A stretch of 54,695 nt of DNA, the filler included, from Circinaria calcarea (lineage: Eukaryota), in assembly GCA_051942165.1 (NCBI GenBank). It is 5 parts of 5 records of this genome, joined end to end, with 100 filler letters (N's around TTAATTAATTAA, not from the genome) between each part and the next. Parts side by side here need not be neighbours in the genome. Positions count along the whole stretch, not along the records: positions 1 to 10,867 come from JAVECS010000749.1; 4 more parts are not named here. One strand, 5' to 3'. Below the pieces are notes generated by a model. The model did no database searches, was not told the origin of the DNA, and worked only from the letters and a program-made list of their open reading frames with translations. Below, in pieces: positions 1 to 10,967 of the stretch (positions are counted from its first letter, which is position 1; each line of letters opens with the position of its first letter). Position numbers and translations under genes: made by a program.

Positions 1-66
1 TCCCACCCCCAATAACATTCCGCAAAATCACCTTACCCCCTTTCCCTCGCATATTCTCACTCACAG

Positions 67-3000
67 TCAAGGAATATCAAATAAGCCCTTCAACTTCTTG
101 ACGAGCGCCCACTCCTCATTGCTAACATCGGCGCGGTAATACTCCTTTAGCGTATCGATGCTCTGTCGGCTGATGAGCGAGTACAGCATATCTTTTTCTT
201 CGAGCTGGCGGCCATAGAGAGGTTGATTCGGGCCTTCGATCTTGACGGCTACGGAAGGTTGGCCCTTTTTGCAAATAGGGATTTGTTTGTGGTCACGTTC
301 GATGGATTGTCTGGGAAAAGGGTGTTAGCAGAGTGTTGGGGAAGGAGGAGGATTAATGGAAGAGGGAGGAAGAGAAAGGAAGAGACATACACTCTGCCTA
401 AGCTGATGACTTCCTTGACGCCGGTAACAGGATTGGTTTTGACAGCCGCGATTGGTGTCAGCAAGCGGAGGTTTCCATCCGTGACATCCACGCCCACAAC
501 GATAGGGTCTTTTTTGTTAAACACCGCCACAGGTGTGAGCACGCACGGGAAAACAGCTTGCAGCTTGCTGTCTTCCTTTTTCTGTTCCGCCAGTTGAGCC
601 ATATGTTTGGTGAAATCGTCAAAGAGATGGTAGATGATATCTGCCGTGAAGATCTTTACCCCCACATCATCCGCGTAAGCCTGCGCTTCCTTGTCGACTT
701 TGACATCAAAGCAAAGCATCACCGCATATTCCTTGGATTTCTCCAACATGCTACCAGCCTGCATGACATCGCGCTTGTAGACAGGACCGATGGAGATATT
801 CGCAACCGGGATTTTGGAGACTTTGAGGAATTCGAGGAGAGCTTCAAGGGAGCCGAGAGTGGATGCTTGTACACTGACGCCCCGACCGGTTTTGGTAACT
901 TTGCCGAGCAAGTTTTCAATATCAGACATGACCTCCTCCTCTAAATCCTCTTCATCGTCCTCGGGGCCGACCACAAGGAGCCTTGAACCAGCAATCGCAT
1001 GTTCAAGATCATTCGCTGCGATCTTTACACCCAGAGAAGCTTTGACTTCTTGATTGTGGACATATTGTGACTTGATTCGAAGTTCTTTAAGTGGCGCTGG
1101 CGTTAAAAGTGCCCTTATATTTGTAGAGATGGCGCCGTTCAAACCACAGAGGACTATTCGGTCACCTTCCCTCAGGATACCGTTAGAGAGAACAACGTCG
1201 ATAGTCGTCCCGAGTCCCTCAATGACTTTGACTTCAAGTACTGTACACTCAACTTCCGAAAGATACATGAGCTTATTCGTCATCCGCTCCTGCGTAAGCG
1301 TAACAAGCAGCTTTAACATATCGGGAATCCCTTCACCGGTGTGTGCTGAGGTTGGCACGAGCGAAACGTTCTTTGCCATTGACTTGTTCTCATAATACAA
1401 TTCTGCATTGAACCCTTGCTCGGCGAAGGCCACCTTGGTCTTTTCCAGGCGATCCCGAAATTCATTCTGAACGCCTTTGTTCTGCAGTGCCAGACTCTCT
1501 TGAAAGCCGTTATTCTCTATCTTCTTCCAGCCATACAATCGATCTATTTTATTCAAAGCGACGATAAATGGCGTTTTCCGATCACGTAAAAGTCTCATTG
1601 ATTCTAGTGTTTGAGGTTCCAAGCCGTGCATAATATCAACAACCAAGATGGCAATATTACATAACGATGAGCCTCGAGATCGAAGATTCGTAAATGACTC
1701 ATGACCGGGTGTATCAATAACCAGAAGCCCAGGTACATTAAACTTGAAAGATCCATCTTTGTTGACGACTTGTGTCTTAGCTTCTAAAGCGTCGACAGGG
1801 AAGTAGGTAGCACCGATTTGCTGCGTAATACCACCGGCCTCGCCTTCCTGAACGTTGGTCTGTCTGATCTTATCGAGTAATTTTGTTTTCCCAGTATCGA
1901 CGTGGCCCAGAATACAGCAGATCGGTGATCGTAAATTATCTTTTGATCTGGCTGCAAGTGCTTCTTCATGCTGCTGCTGTCTTCTCGCGGCAGCTTCTGC
2001 TTTCTTCTGCGCAGCTGCTCGTTGCGTTGCCGTCCTAGCTTCCTCTTCGGAAGAACTGTCTGAATCTGAGTCCGAATCGGTGACTTGACCTTTAGTAGAG
2101 GCTTTTGATTCGTGTCTGGACGGATTGATTTTCTGGTCCCTTTTTGGAGCTGGCTTCGCTCCATTGGTACCTGCTAATTTTAGCTTGGAGCCATTTGATG
2201 TGGTCTGGGATGCAGCTTGGGTTGCCAGCTTTGTCTGTTCATTGATCGGCTTACCGTTCACCGCCTTCACAGGACGCTTCTCGGCCTCCTCATCGGAGTC
2301 TGCATCCCAGGTTTCCTTCACACCTTCGTCTGCATCGGCCACGGCCTCCCAGTCATCAAGACCAGAAATCTCCCCTTGGACAGCCTCAGCTTCTGCTTCA
2401 GCTTTTGCTTGTTCTTCTTCTTCAAGCCGTAACCGCTCCCTCTCTTCCGCTAGCCTCTGGGCCTCGGCCTCAGCAGCCTGTTGTGCTTCAACAAGTTTTG
2501 CCTCCTCATCCGGCTTCTTGGGTCCCTTTTTACGCCGATTGTCATACACAGGCTTCTTCTTCTCCGATGGCTCCTCTAGCCCTGCGACGGTAACACCTGC
2601 TGCCAGCATCTGTTGCTTTCGAAGTTCGTTTCGCTCTTTCACCTCCTTTTGAGCCTTGGTTAACAGTTTGCCTTCTTTTCGGAGCAACTCTTTCTTCTCC
2701 TTTTCCCTTTCCTTTCTCCGTGCTTTAGCCTCTGCTTCCTTCTGTGCTCGCTCTGCTTCCAATCGTTCTTCTTCCTCCCGGCGCGCCTTCTCCTCGGCCT
2801 CTATCCTAGCTAGCTCCTCTACCCGCTGTCTCCTCTCCTCCTGTTGTTTTTGTAAAGCCGCTAGGGCGGGTGTCAATTTCTTCTTGCCTTTTCCTGTATC
2901 GGCTTTCCCTGCTGCTGTGGTCGGTGACGGTGTTGACTTGACTTCTGGTTTGACTTCCGGCTTAGCCTCGGGTTTAGCTTCAGGTACTGGCCTTGCTGGC

Positions 3001-3619
3001 TCATCTTTGGACGCCGATGCCGGCGCCGCTGTTTTCTTCTTTGCAGCCTAAAATGTTGAAAATGACCGTGAGCTTAGAACCCAACTTAAGAAATCCTATT
3101 CTTGATTCATACCTGTTCTTTCTTACGTAACCTTTCCCTCTCCTTCTTCTCCTTTTCCTTTTCCTTCTTACTCTTCATTTTACCTCCCTCATCGGCTGAG
3201 TCTCCGTCCTCCTCGGCTGGTTTCTCCTCTACCCTACCTTGTTTACCCTTGCCACCCTTCACCTTGTTGACTTGAGCGTCGAATAAATCCTCCGCTGTGG
3301 CATCTTCGGGTGCTTTTGCCGCAAGGTCGTCGATACCGTTTAGCCCAGGATGGCCATTTAGGCCGTTCGCCTCGGGCGGGTCTTCCCCCTCAACGTAATC
3401 TTCCTCTACCGCCTTACCCTTCTTCTGCTTCTTACTCTTGTTCTTCCTGATAGCTGCCATCAAGCCTCCCCCCCCAGCATTACCATCTTCCTCAATGTCC
3501 TTGGGGGGGTTGACCTCTGGAGCTTCTGAAGCTTTAACAGCATCAGAATCTACTGTCTCGCCGAGGTCAGCTTCCCAGTCGTCGTCGGCCTTCTTATTGC
3601 TTTTCTTCTTGGGTGCCAT
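67..3619 (-). CDS. FUN12: Eukaryotic translation initiation factor 5B (IF2-like GTPase); exons 3619-3113, 3047-391, 310-67
   Basis: Motifs [41 protein letters not shown] and ALNKID. Charged K/E-rich N-terminus. GT-AG introns 3048-3112 and 311-390 restore one frame ending ...[10 protein letters not shown] (TGA 67-69). Confidence 0.96.
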
Positions 3620-4370
3620 TGTGCTTTGGAAGAAAATTACAAGTCAGTGCAAGCCGGACCGTTGGAATTACTGCAACAAATGAAGAGGGGATGTGAATGT
3701 TGATGCTAGTGGGTTTGGTAGGTAATATGGTTTAAATGCTTGTAAAAGTACACCGTGGGAGGAAGTGGACGCAAAACGGACAACGGCTATACAAAGCGCA
3801 GTGGTTTGACGATGAGTCAATATGAACGTGGCGTCCCTAACACTGGTCTGTGCATGAACTACTCCGTGCTAAATCTATGTCAAGCAGACAAGTCATGCCG
3901 GGGCCCGGGGCCCGGGGCTACAGTCCCCGGCTGTCGGGCCATGAAAGCTTCCGCGACCGCCAGTACGGAGTACGCTGTGGAGCTTAGTCAGCACCTGCCC
4001 ATATTTAGTCTTCCCCCACCACTTAGACTTAGCAACCACCAATCAACCAAGTTACCCTCCATAGCATAGTCCCTCTCTGCATAGGGTTACAACGCACTGT
4101 AATGAGAAATATCTACTATACTTTGTACGATTCAAAGGAAACAAAGACAAATGAGCTATTATTTCCAGTCATACAAGCAATCGATTTAGACGGCTGTTGG
4201 AATGTATTCTTCAACCATGTGGTGGGAACTGGAAGGCTTTCAATAACTCCATTCACCATGCTATCCGACATCCCTAGATGCCCAGGCCCAGACCCTGCCG
4301 CGCCAGTTCCCAATACTAAATGCTGATGCTTGACCATTCCCATAGTATGACAGCCCACAATGCCTATCAT

Positions 4371-7300
4371 TTACAATACTGGCTGTAGAACAACTCTAAG
4401 ATAATCTACCGTTACCTCGACGGGATCTCCGTTGTAACCACCAAGGGCAGCCTTGACCAGCTCGGTGAACCTCTCTCGTCGACTGGCTGCTGTATCAAAG
4501 TCATAGAGTCGCTGGGCTGGGTCGGGGTCCTTATCCAACATGGCCTGCACGAGTGTCTCGCTATCAGGCTGTCCTCGCTGCAGCAAGCGAACCAGGATGT
4601 CTCCGTCCACATGCATGTAGTGACGGCGCTTTGTTGACGGCTCGATGTGTCGTTTCCTACGATCGAGGTAAGTGAAGGGACATATGTCTGCATTGCGCTC
4701 GGCCATGTTCTGGATGAAACGCAATAGTCTCCACTTTGTTTCATCGATTATGTCGAATTGGTAAAAGGATCCATTAGTACTACATCCTAAGATTGCTGTA
4801 GGATCTGCCGAGGGGCCCTGACGCCAGGATGGTTTGACAGAACCTCTCTGGAAACGGATAATCGAAACAGGGAGTTTGGCTTCGAATAGGGTAGCGGTTG
4901 AATTGTTGAGTCGGGTGCCTGGAGGCTGCCATAACCCGGTAACGACGTCAGCTTCGTCGGATATCATGAGGAGTGAATGCTCGGGAAGCAAAAGGTGATG
5001 CAAGCCGTTTCGTGCTACCTCATCGCTCAGCTGAGGAGCAATGTTGTTCCCGTCTACCCTAAAGACCAGAAGCGAGTCCTTGGTAGTCGTGATATATACG
5101 AACGGCTCATGTACGGAGATAGATCTGCCCTGGCACGGTAAGGGGTACGCCGTGGCTTGCTGCCATCTCTTTTCCGGAACACTGAGTGGTTGGAGTACTA
5201 ACTGGAGTCCGGTGCAGTAAACAAGAGAGCTCGCACCAAAAGCTGCCACAGCATGAACGGGATCATCGCGCTTGATTACAGTCTTCAGAACCGGTGTCAC
5301 CTGACCATCTGAATCTGGTGATAAGTGATAGAGCAGAATTTGACCAGTAGGCTTTCCTGTAGGCTTTCCTTCAGACTCTCGACCGCGCCACGTGTTGACC
5401 ACGAGTAGATGGTTAAGAGTTCCATCTTCGCGGAGATACCAATCGAGAAGTCCGAGGATCCGCTCGCCCGATTTGCCAATGCAATGTGACCTGATTTCAG
5501 ATATGCGCTCGCTAGCACGCTCCTCGCCGTCCATGTCCCATGGCTCGACAACCCTATCCTCGGTTGTGGGAGCAGCGCATGGATCTATAAACGCAAGCCT
5601 TGGATACAATAGCCGTCTCTTCCTCGTACGCTCATGACCGTTGGCTCTGCGCGCACTCCTTAAAATAGTCTTTGAAAATCCAACCACAAGCCTCTTTACG
5701 CAGCTCGAATAAATGATCCTGCTTGGTGTACCGCCAATAAAAAAGCGCCGTGGAAGCGCTCGGGGGGTTGCAAAAGTGTCTAACTCGGCAATATGTAGGT
5801 TGGATTTTTCTATGCACAGCAGTGACCCAGAACTCGGCTTCTGTAGACTCCACGGATCTGGTTGTGCCACAACAGTGATGGCGGACTGGTGAAAAGAAGG
5901 CTCATCATGATCCGTTAACCAGATGCTGGTTACGGTTGCAGTGCGTGGTTTCCTCTGGTTAGTACTGTACTCAAGACGACAGAAGTCGCCGCCGCATACG
6001 AGCAAGGCTCTATAGCATAGGTTGCTTTGCTTGGACCAAGAAGACATGTCAGGCCGAACCGTGATCGATGTGCTGCCAAAGCTTAGAGTTTCACAATGCC
6101 TGAAATCGTGAGTCACTTTGAATGGCTTAGTATTTGACTATCTTTCGAGGGATTGATCAAATACTAACCTAAATCATCCCCAAGGACCAGCTGGAAGACC
6201 TCTAGCGACCCGTTGCGAAGTCCGCAGAGAACCAAAAGTTCCGTGTGATCCTTAATCTCTTGAGTCTTCGAGATCAATACGACGCTATCACAGACGGCGA
6301 ATTCGCCCTCAAAGTCGTGCGCGATCAATGATGTCAAACCCGCCTTCGGATCACAACGGAATATCTCGATGGATCCAGTAAGCAGACCAACAAGTGCGTA
6401 TAGGTGAAATCCAACCGCTTGTAACGATATGCATGATGGTTCGCATGGTAATAACTCTGGATTCCCGACCGTAGTCAAAGAAATACCTGTTTCGTTGACT
6501 AAAACTGCTTCGAGACAAAGGTGTACGTCTGTATCTTTCCGCACGACTGTAAGCATTGCTGGTATCCCTCCGTGGACACAACCTGCGATAATCCGAATCC
6601 CGTGGCCGTGACCTTTTACCGACGCTAAATCCTGTTGTGGGAGCTTGATCTGTATCGACTGTTCGGTGATCTGGATGATAAGGCCCTCTTCCGTGTTTCC
6701 TGCGGCAATAGTCCTGACTTGAAGATCAAGCCCAAGCTCATCGCTAGCAACCTTGTCGGATATCTCTCGGATCTCCCCATCAGAAGCAGATAGCAAAAGG
6801 AGGTGGCTCCGTATAGGATCCGTCAGCAAGATCAAAGTCCCGGTAACATGTGGCAAGATCCACATGCCTACGATCCCAGCGACTCCCAAGGGTTGGATAT
6901 CGATTCTTGCGCTAGATAAGGCTTCGATACCATAACGCAGCTCGCACATACCTCCGTGTCTTGAACCCCGTCCGACGCTTCCAAAAATCCGTTCTCTGAC
7001 AGCAGACCTGCCGTCGTTAGACGATCCAAGGAGGTTTTCCTTGATAGAATAACCGATGTTAGCTGTTGTGAAATCAATGACTGGTGCCCAGCTCGCAATC
7101 GATTGGTGCCTTTTCGCATCCTCAAGAGCTGTGAACATGAAGAGGCCACCATCGCCCATGTTACCGCCAGCTACAAGGAGGTCATGGCTCTCGTAGTCAT
7201 GTGGGAAAACGTTCTGATTATCGTTTTCGAGGCTTGCGAATGCGGTGTCGACATTGACTTCGAGCTTTCCGACTTGAACCTGTGTTTGGAAGTGAATCTC

Positions 7301-8653
7301 ACCATTGTGAAACTCCACTAGTCGTACGAGGCCATCTTCACGACATAAGTATATAACTTCATTATCCACTTGCCACTCATCTCTTCGTACCGGCCTGGCC
7401 CATTGCGTCCATAGTGGGCTTCTTCTTGAACTGCCAGGCTCCTCCGGCGGATCCCCTGGCCGCAATAACTCTAGACGAGGTAGCCCATATCCGGACAAAA
7501 CGTTATTGAACAAGGCTATGCAATCCTCGCAGACCAGCATGAAACCAGGCGACGTCGTAAAAGGAATCAGAAGTAGTGGCATCCGCTGAGTCCGATGCAC
7601 GGGATGAGATCCCATACGTTCAATACCACGTAAGTCCTTTGAGTAGTCCCATTCGTAACGTACAAAATAAGTCCGTTTATCGTTCATTACGACCAGAAGT
7701 AGGATGATATGATTTGGATCTTTGTTCGGAGGATATAAAAATTCCATTCTGAGTATGACGCCGCCGATGACCATGTGTCTTTCCTATCCAAGGTTATTAG
7801 CCTTGCTTAGGACCACTGACCTATGTCTTGCGCTAGATGAATACTCGCCTCCTTGACTGGTATGAACCTATCCCCGAGAATACCGTCTGGAGACTCTAAC
7901 TCATCTTTCAGCTGCGTCATCGGTTTGAGTGCGTAAATCGTAAACTGTTCTTCGTGTGCAGCTATTGCCATGGCGCGAGATCTTCCTCTGTCAGCTTACA
8001 CTGCCTGCTTGCCTAAATTCTTCAGTAACTCACTGAGGATCAATCGCGATAAGCTTGCCTGGTCGCTTGGTGTGTTGTACATGTTCTGCTAGCGGCCGCG
8101 AATAGGATACAAACCGGTACTGGTTTGTTAAACCACAGTCAGCGAAGAGAAACACAAGCGTATTTGACTCCAACGTCAGAACTAGTATTTGAGGCGGAAG
8201 CGTATGCAGCGGGTTTTCTTTAGCCTCTACGGGCTGCACGTCTTCCATCTTCACTATGGCATCTATACCTGTTGGCTCGGGTGATACTGCGGGCCTCGTA
8301 GGGTTGCCAACCGCTCGAGCAGACCGAATTTTAGAACCAAAGTCTGCTCTGCCCATGACATCCTGAAGGTGCCCATCGTGTAGCAGCTCTTTGATCTCAA
8401 TAAAGTCTTCGCTTATGAATAGCACATCGTTTTTATCCTTGTGTCGTATTCGAGCTGGCACAATGAATTTGACCACAGGGCTCTGCACCAGTTTACGTGT
8501 CAACACTCCTATCACGGGAGGATTCATTGTCTCCGCTGATGTTTCTGTGTCTTGTTCCTTAGGGCTAATTCTGCTTTGAGCAAGGATGTGGTGAATGTCC
8601 ACGTTCCTGGTAGTCCACTGGCCATTGACAAGTACCCTTGTCTCCAATGTCAT
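4371..8653 (-). CDS. DDB1/Rse1/CPSF160-family beta-propeller protein, Mms1-like (MMS1_N domain; often annotated 'thermotolerance protein'); exons approx. 8653-8034, 7981-7849, 7783-6169, 6115-4371
   Basis: Three long ORFs joined by short introns. Family-like segments include IAIDPQSRAMAIAA, ILRMEFLYP, SWAPVIDF, ELRYGIE, IGGTPSRIIY and C-terminal HVDGDILVRLL. Confidence 0.75.
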
Positions 8654-9662
8654 TCTTGGCCTGATCAGATCAGAAATTTATTGGAAGACATGAGCTGTCT
8701 AAGTTTCTTCGGGATCTCAAGTGCATAGGGGATTCCCGAGAAATGCCTTGAAGTGCCGGAGAAGAGGAAACGCTTTGAAGGGAGACTAATGCCGGGTTTA
8801 TAAACTCCTTACTGTCACCGGGCAAAAACGGTAGGGGTTGACCACCTACTCCGTGTGGTAAAATAAAAGGAATAACCCCCAGCTCAGTACAATGTAGTCA
8901 TCAATCATAAGCGGCTGATAAAAGAAGAGTGCGACCGCTAGCTTGAGAAAGACGAGATGGCGGAATAGAGAATATGTATAGCGAATAGAGAAACGGGGAT
9001 TCAGGGGCTGACGGTGGGTGTATTATCCGCAGAGGTAAAGGAGCTGGCTGCAACTTATTCCGAGGACGTGAAAGGCAATATCCCAAAGCCCAAAGTAAAG
9101 CCAGACAGACGTCTGAGAGTGGATCGACTGGAAACCCCTGCCGGTCAACGTGGATACTCTAGATCCTGATACGATTCTCATGCAGCATTAGAATGCAGAT
9201 AAGTCCCAATTGATGTTCCCCAACAACGCATCGGGAGATTAGTGGCGATCCAAGTGGCATCTGACATGGTCGGACTATTCCCGTCTCCCCCACAATAATA
9301 TCCTACGCACTCCCGTGTTACTCGCGGGCAAAAGGACGGATGCAGAATGTGGGAGGATGATACATACGTATCTAACCGGCGGACACGGGTGTATCTGTTT
9401 GGCTGCCCGGATTCAGCAAGGCTCTCCAATCAAATGCGCCAGTAGCTGGTGGAAACCGCGGGGCGGTAGCCGCACCTTCATGCCTACCTAACTGACGCTG
9501 ATACTGACGCTGCAGGGTGAGGAACTTTGGGAACGGGCCACGGAGTACCGAAGTCGCGAGATTATCGACAGTACCCCCACCTCTCTCTCCGACTTCTAGA
9601 CCAATTGCCTTCCATCCAGGTCCCTACCATAAATCCTCCACCAAAAAGACGTGCAGCTTGCA

Positions 9663-9694
9663 GATTTACGGATTTACGGATTTACGGATTTACC
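9663..9694. repeat. Tandem 8-bp repeat (GATTTACG)x3 + GATTTACC
   Basis: Read directly; lies about 150 bp upstream of the Gyp8-like start codon. Confidence 0.9.
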
Positions 9695-9846
9695 GATCGA
9701 CCACTTGGTTGGGTTGACGCCATTGGTCTCATCTTTTACAAAGGAGCTGGCCCTGTCCGAGCGCGAAGGTACAAGTATCGGTTGAAGAGGGGTACCTGGC
9801 AGGTGATGGGTTAAACCTGTTTTTGGCTCAACCCACCTGCAATGCT

Positions 9847-10867
9847 ATGGAAGATCGCAACAGCGACTCTGTTCAGACGGACCGAGCCAACTCTCCCGGC
9901 CACGCTCCTTGCCCCATCTCCGACCACCATCGAAAGCCCAGCTCGGAAGAGAGCACCACCAAAGCGGCCGACATCCTCGTTGCCTGTGGCCTGCCAGCTG
10001 ATGCCGGCACACTCGCACTTCTTGCTACTTCAAGAGGCGGTTTTTTAACCGACCAGCATCGCCGCGTGGCCTGTGGGTCATCCTGTCTTTCATGACAGCC
10101 CGTCAGCTGTCAAACCCAGCGCCACTGACATGGTGTGCATCATAGGGCCTCTCCTGGTAGGTAGCTCGGTGCTACCGTCTGCAAGCCATAGGACTGGGCC
10201 TTCTCCGGATTGGCGTTACCTTCCACGGCATAGGGACGAGGACCAAGTGAAACTTGATGTGAACCGATCGTTCGTTTACTATCCCAATGGTATGTTAGCT
10301 TTCCCAGCCATATCTCGGGCTCGATATCTGATTCGAGGCAGATGAATCGGAAAGCCAGCTTGACCGTCGGAAAGAGGAGCTATCTGATGTAATCACTGAG
10401 GTCCTCCGGAGCCATCCGATGCTATGCTACTTTCAAGGCTTCCACGACATTGTGCAGGTCATTCTACTCGTCCTAGGCAAGGACAAGGCCGCCGATGTAG
10501 TTGCCCATCTCGCCTTGTTACGGATCCGCGACTTTATGCTTCCATCCCTCTCGGCGTCTCTTGCTCATCTCCGTCTACTACCGGCCATCCTCTACTCCGT
10601 GGACCCCAAGCTTTGTCAACATCTGTCAGGGACTCAGCCATTCTTTGCCTTGGCGGCCACTCTGACCCTGTACGCCCACGAAATCGAAGACTACGGGGAA
10701 ATCGCGCGCCTGTTTGACTTCTTACTCGCCCACGAAGCGGCCGTGTCCCTCTATCTTTTTGCGGCAATCATACTTTCACGGAGGGACGAACTGTTCGAGA
10801 TACCTGCGGATGAGCCAGAGATGCTACACTTTACTCTTTCCAAACTACCAAAGTCGCTAGATTTCGA
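9847..10867 (+). CDS. GYP8: TBC-domain Rab GTPase-activating protein, Gyp8/TBC1D20-like; 3' truncated at contig end
   Basis: Spliced product has SRGGFLTDQHRRVAWPLL, DEDQVKLDVNRSF (arginine finger), LCYFQGFHDIVQV (glutamine finger) and LRIRDFMLPSL. Introns approx. 10073-10145 and 10289-10341. Confidence 0.85.
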
Positions 10868-10967
10868 NNNNNNNNNNNNNNNNNNNNNNNNNNNNNNNNN
10901 NNNNNNNNNNNTTAATTAATTAANNNNNNNNNNNNNNNNNNNNNNNNNNNNNNNNNNNNNNNNNNNN
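10868..10967. other. Artificial contig linker N44-TTAATTAATTAA-N44
   Basis: Exactly 100 nt; the 12-mer gives stops in all six frames; four identical copies in the window. Confidence 0.99.

Noticed and set aside
9663..9694. CRISPR-like or telomeric array
   Set aside because: Only four adjacent 8-mers with no spacers, not TTAGGG-like, and in a eukaryotic internal position.
10912..10923. TTAATTAATTAA recurring about every 10.96 kb as a biological periodic repeat or transposon target site
   Set aside because: It is always centred in exactly 44+44 Ns, so it is an assembly-concatenation linker.
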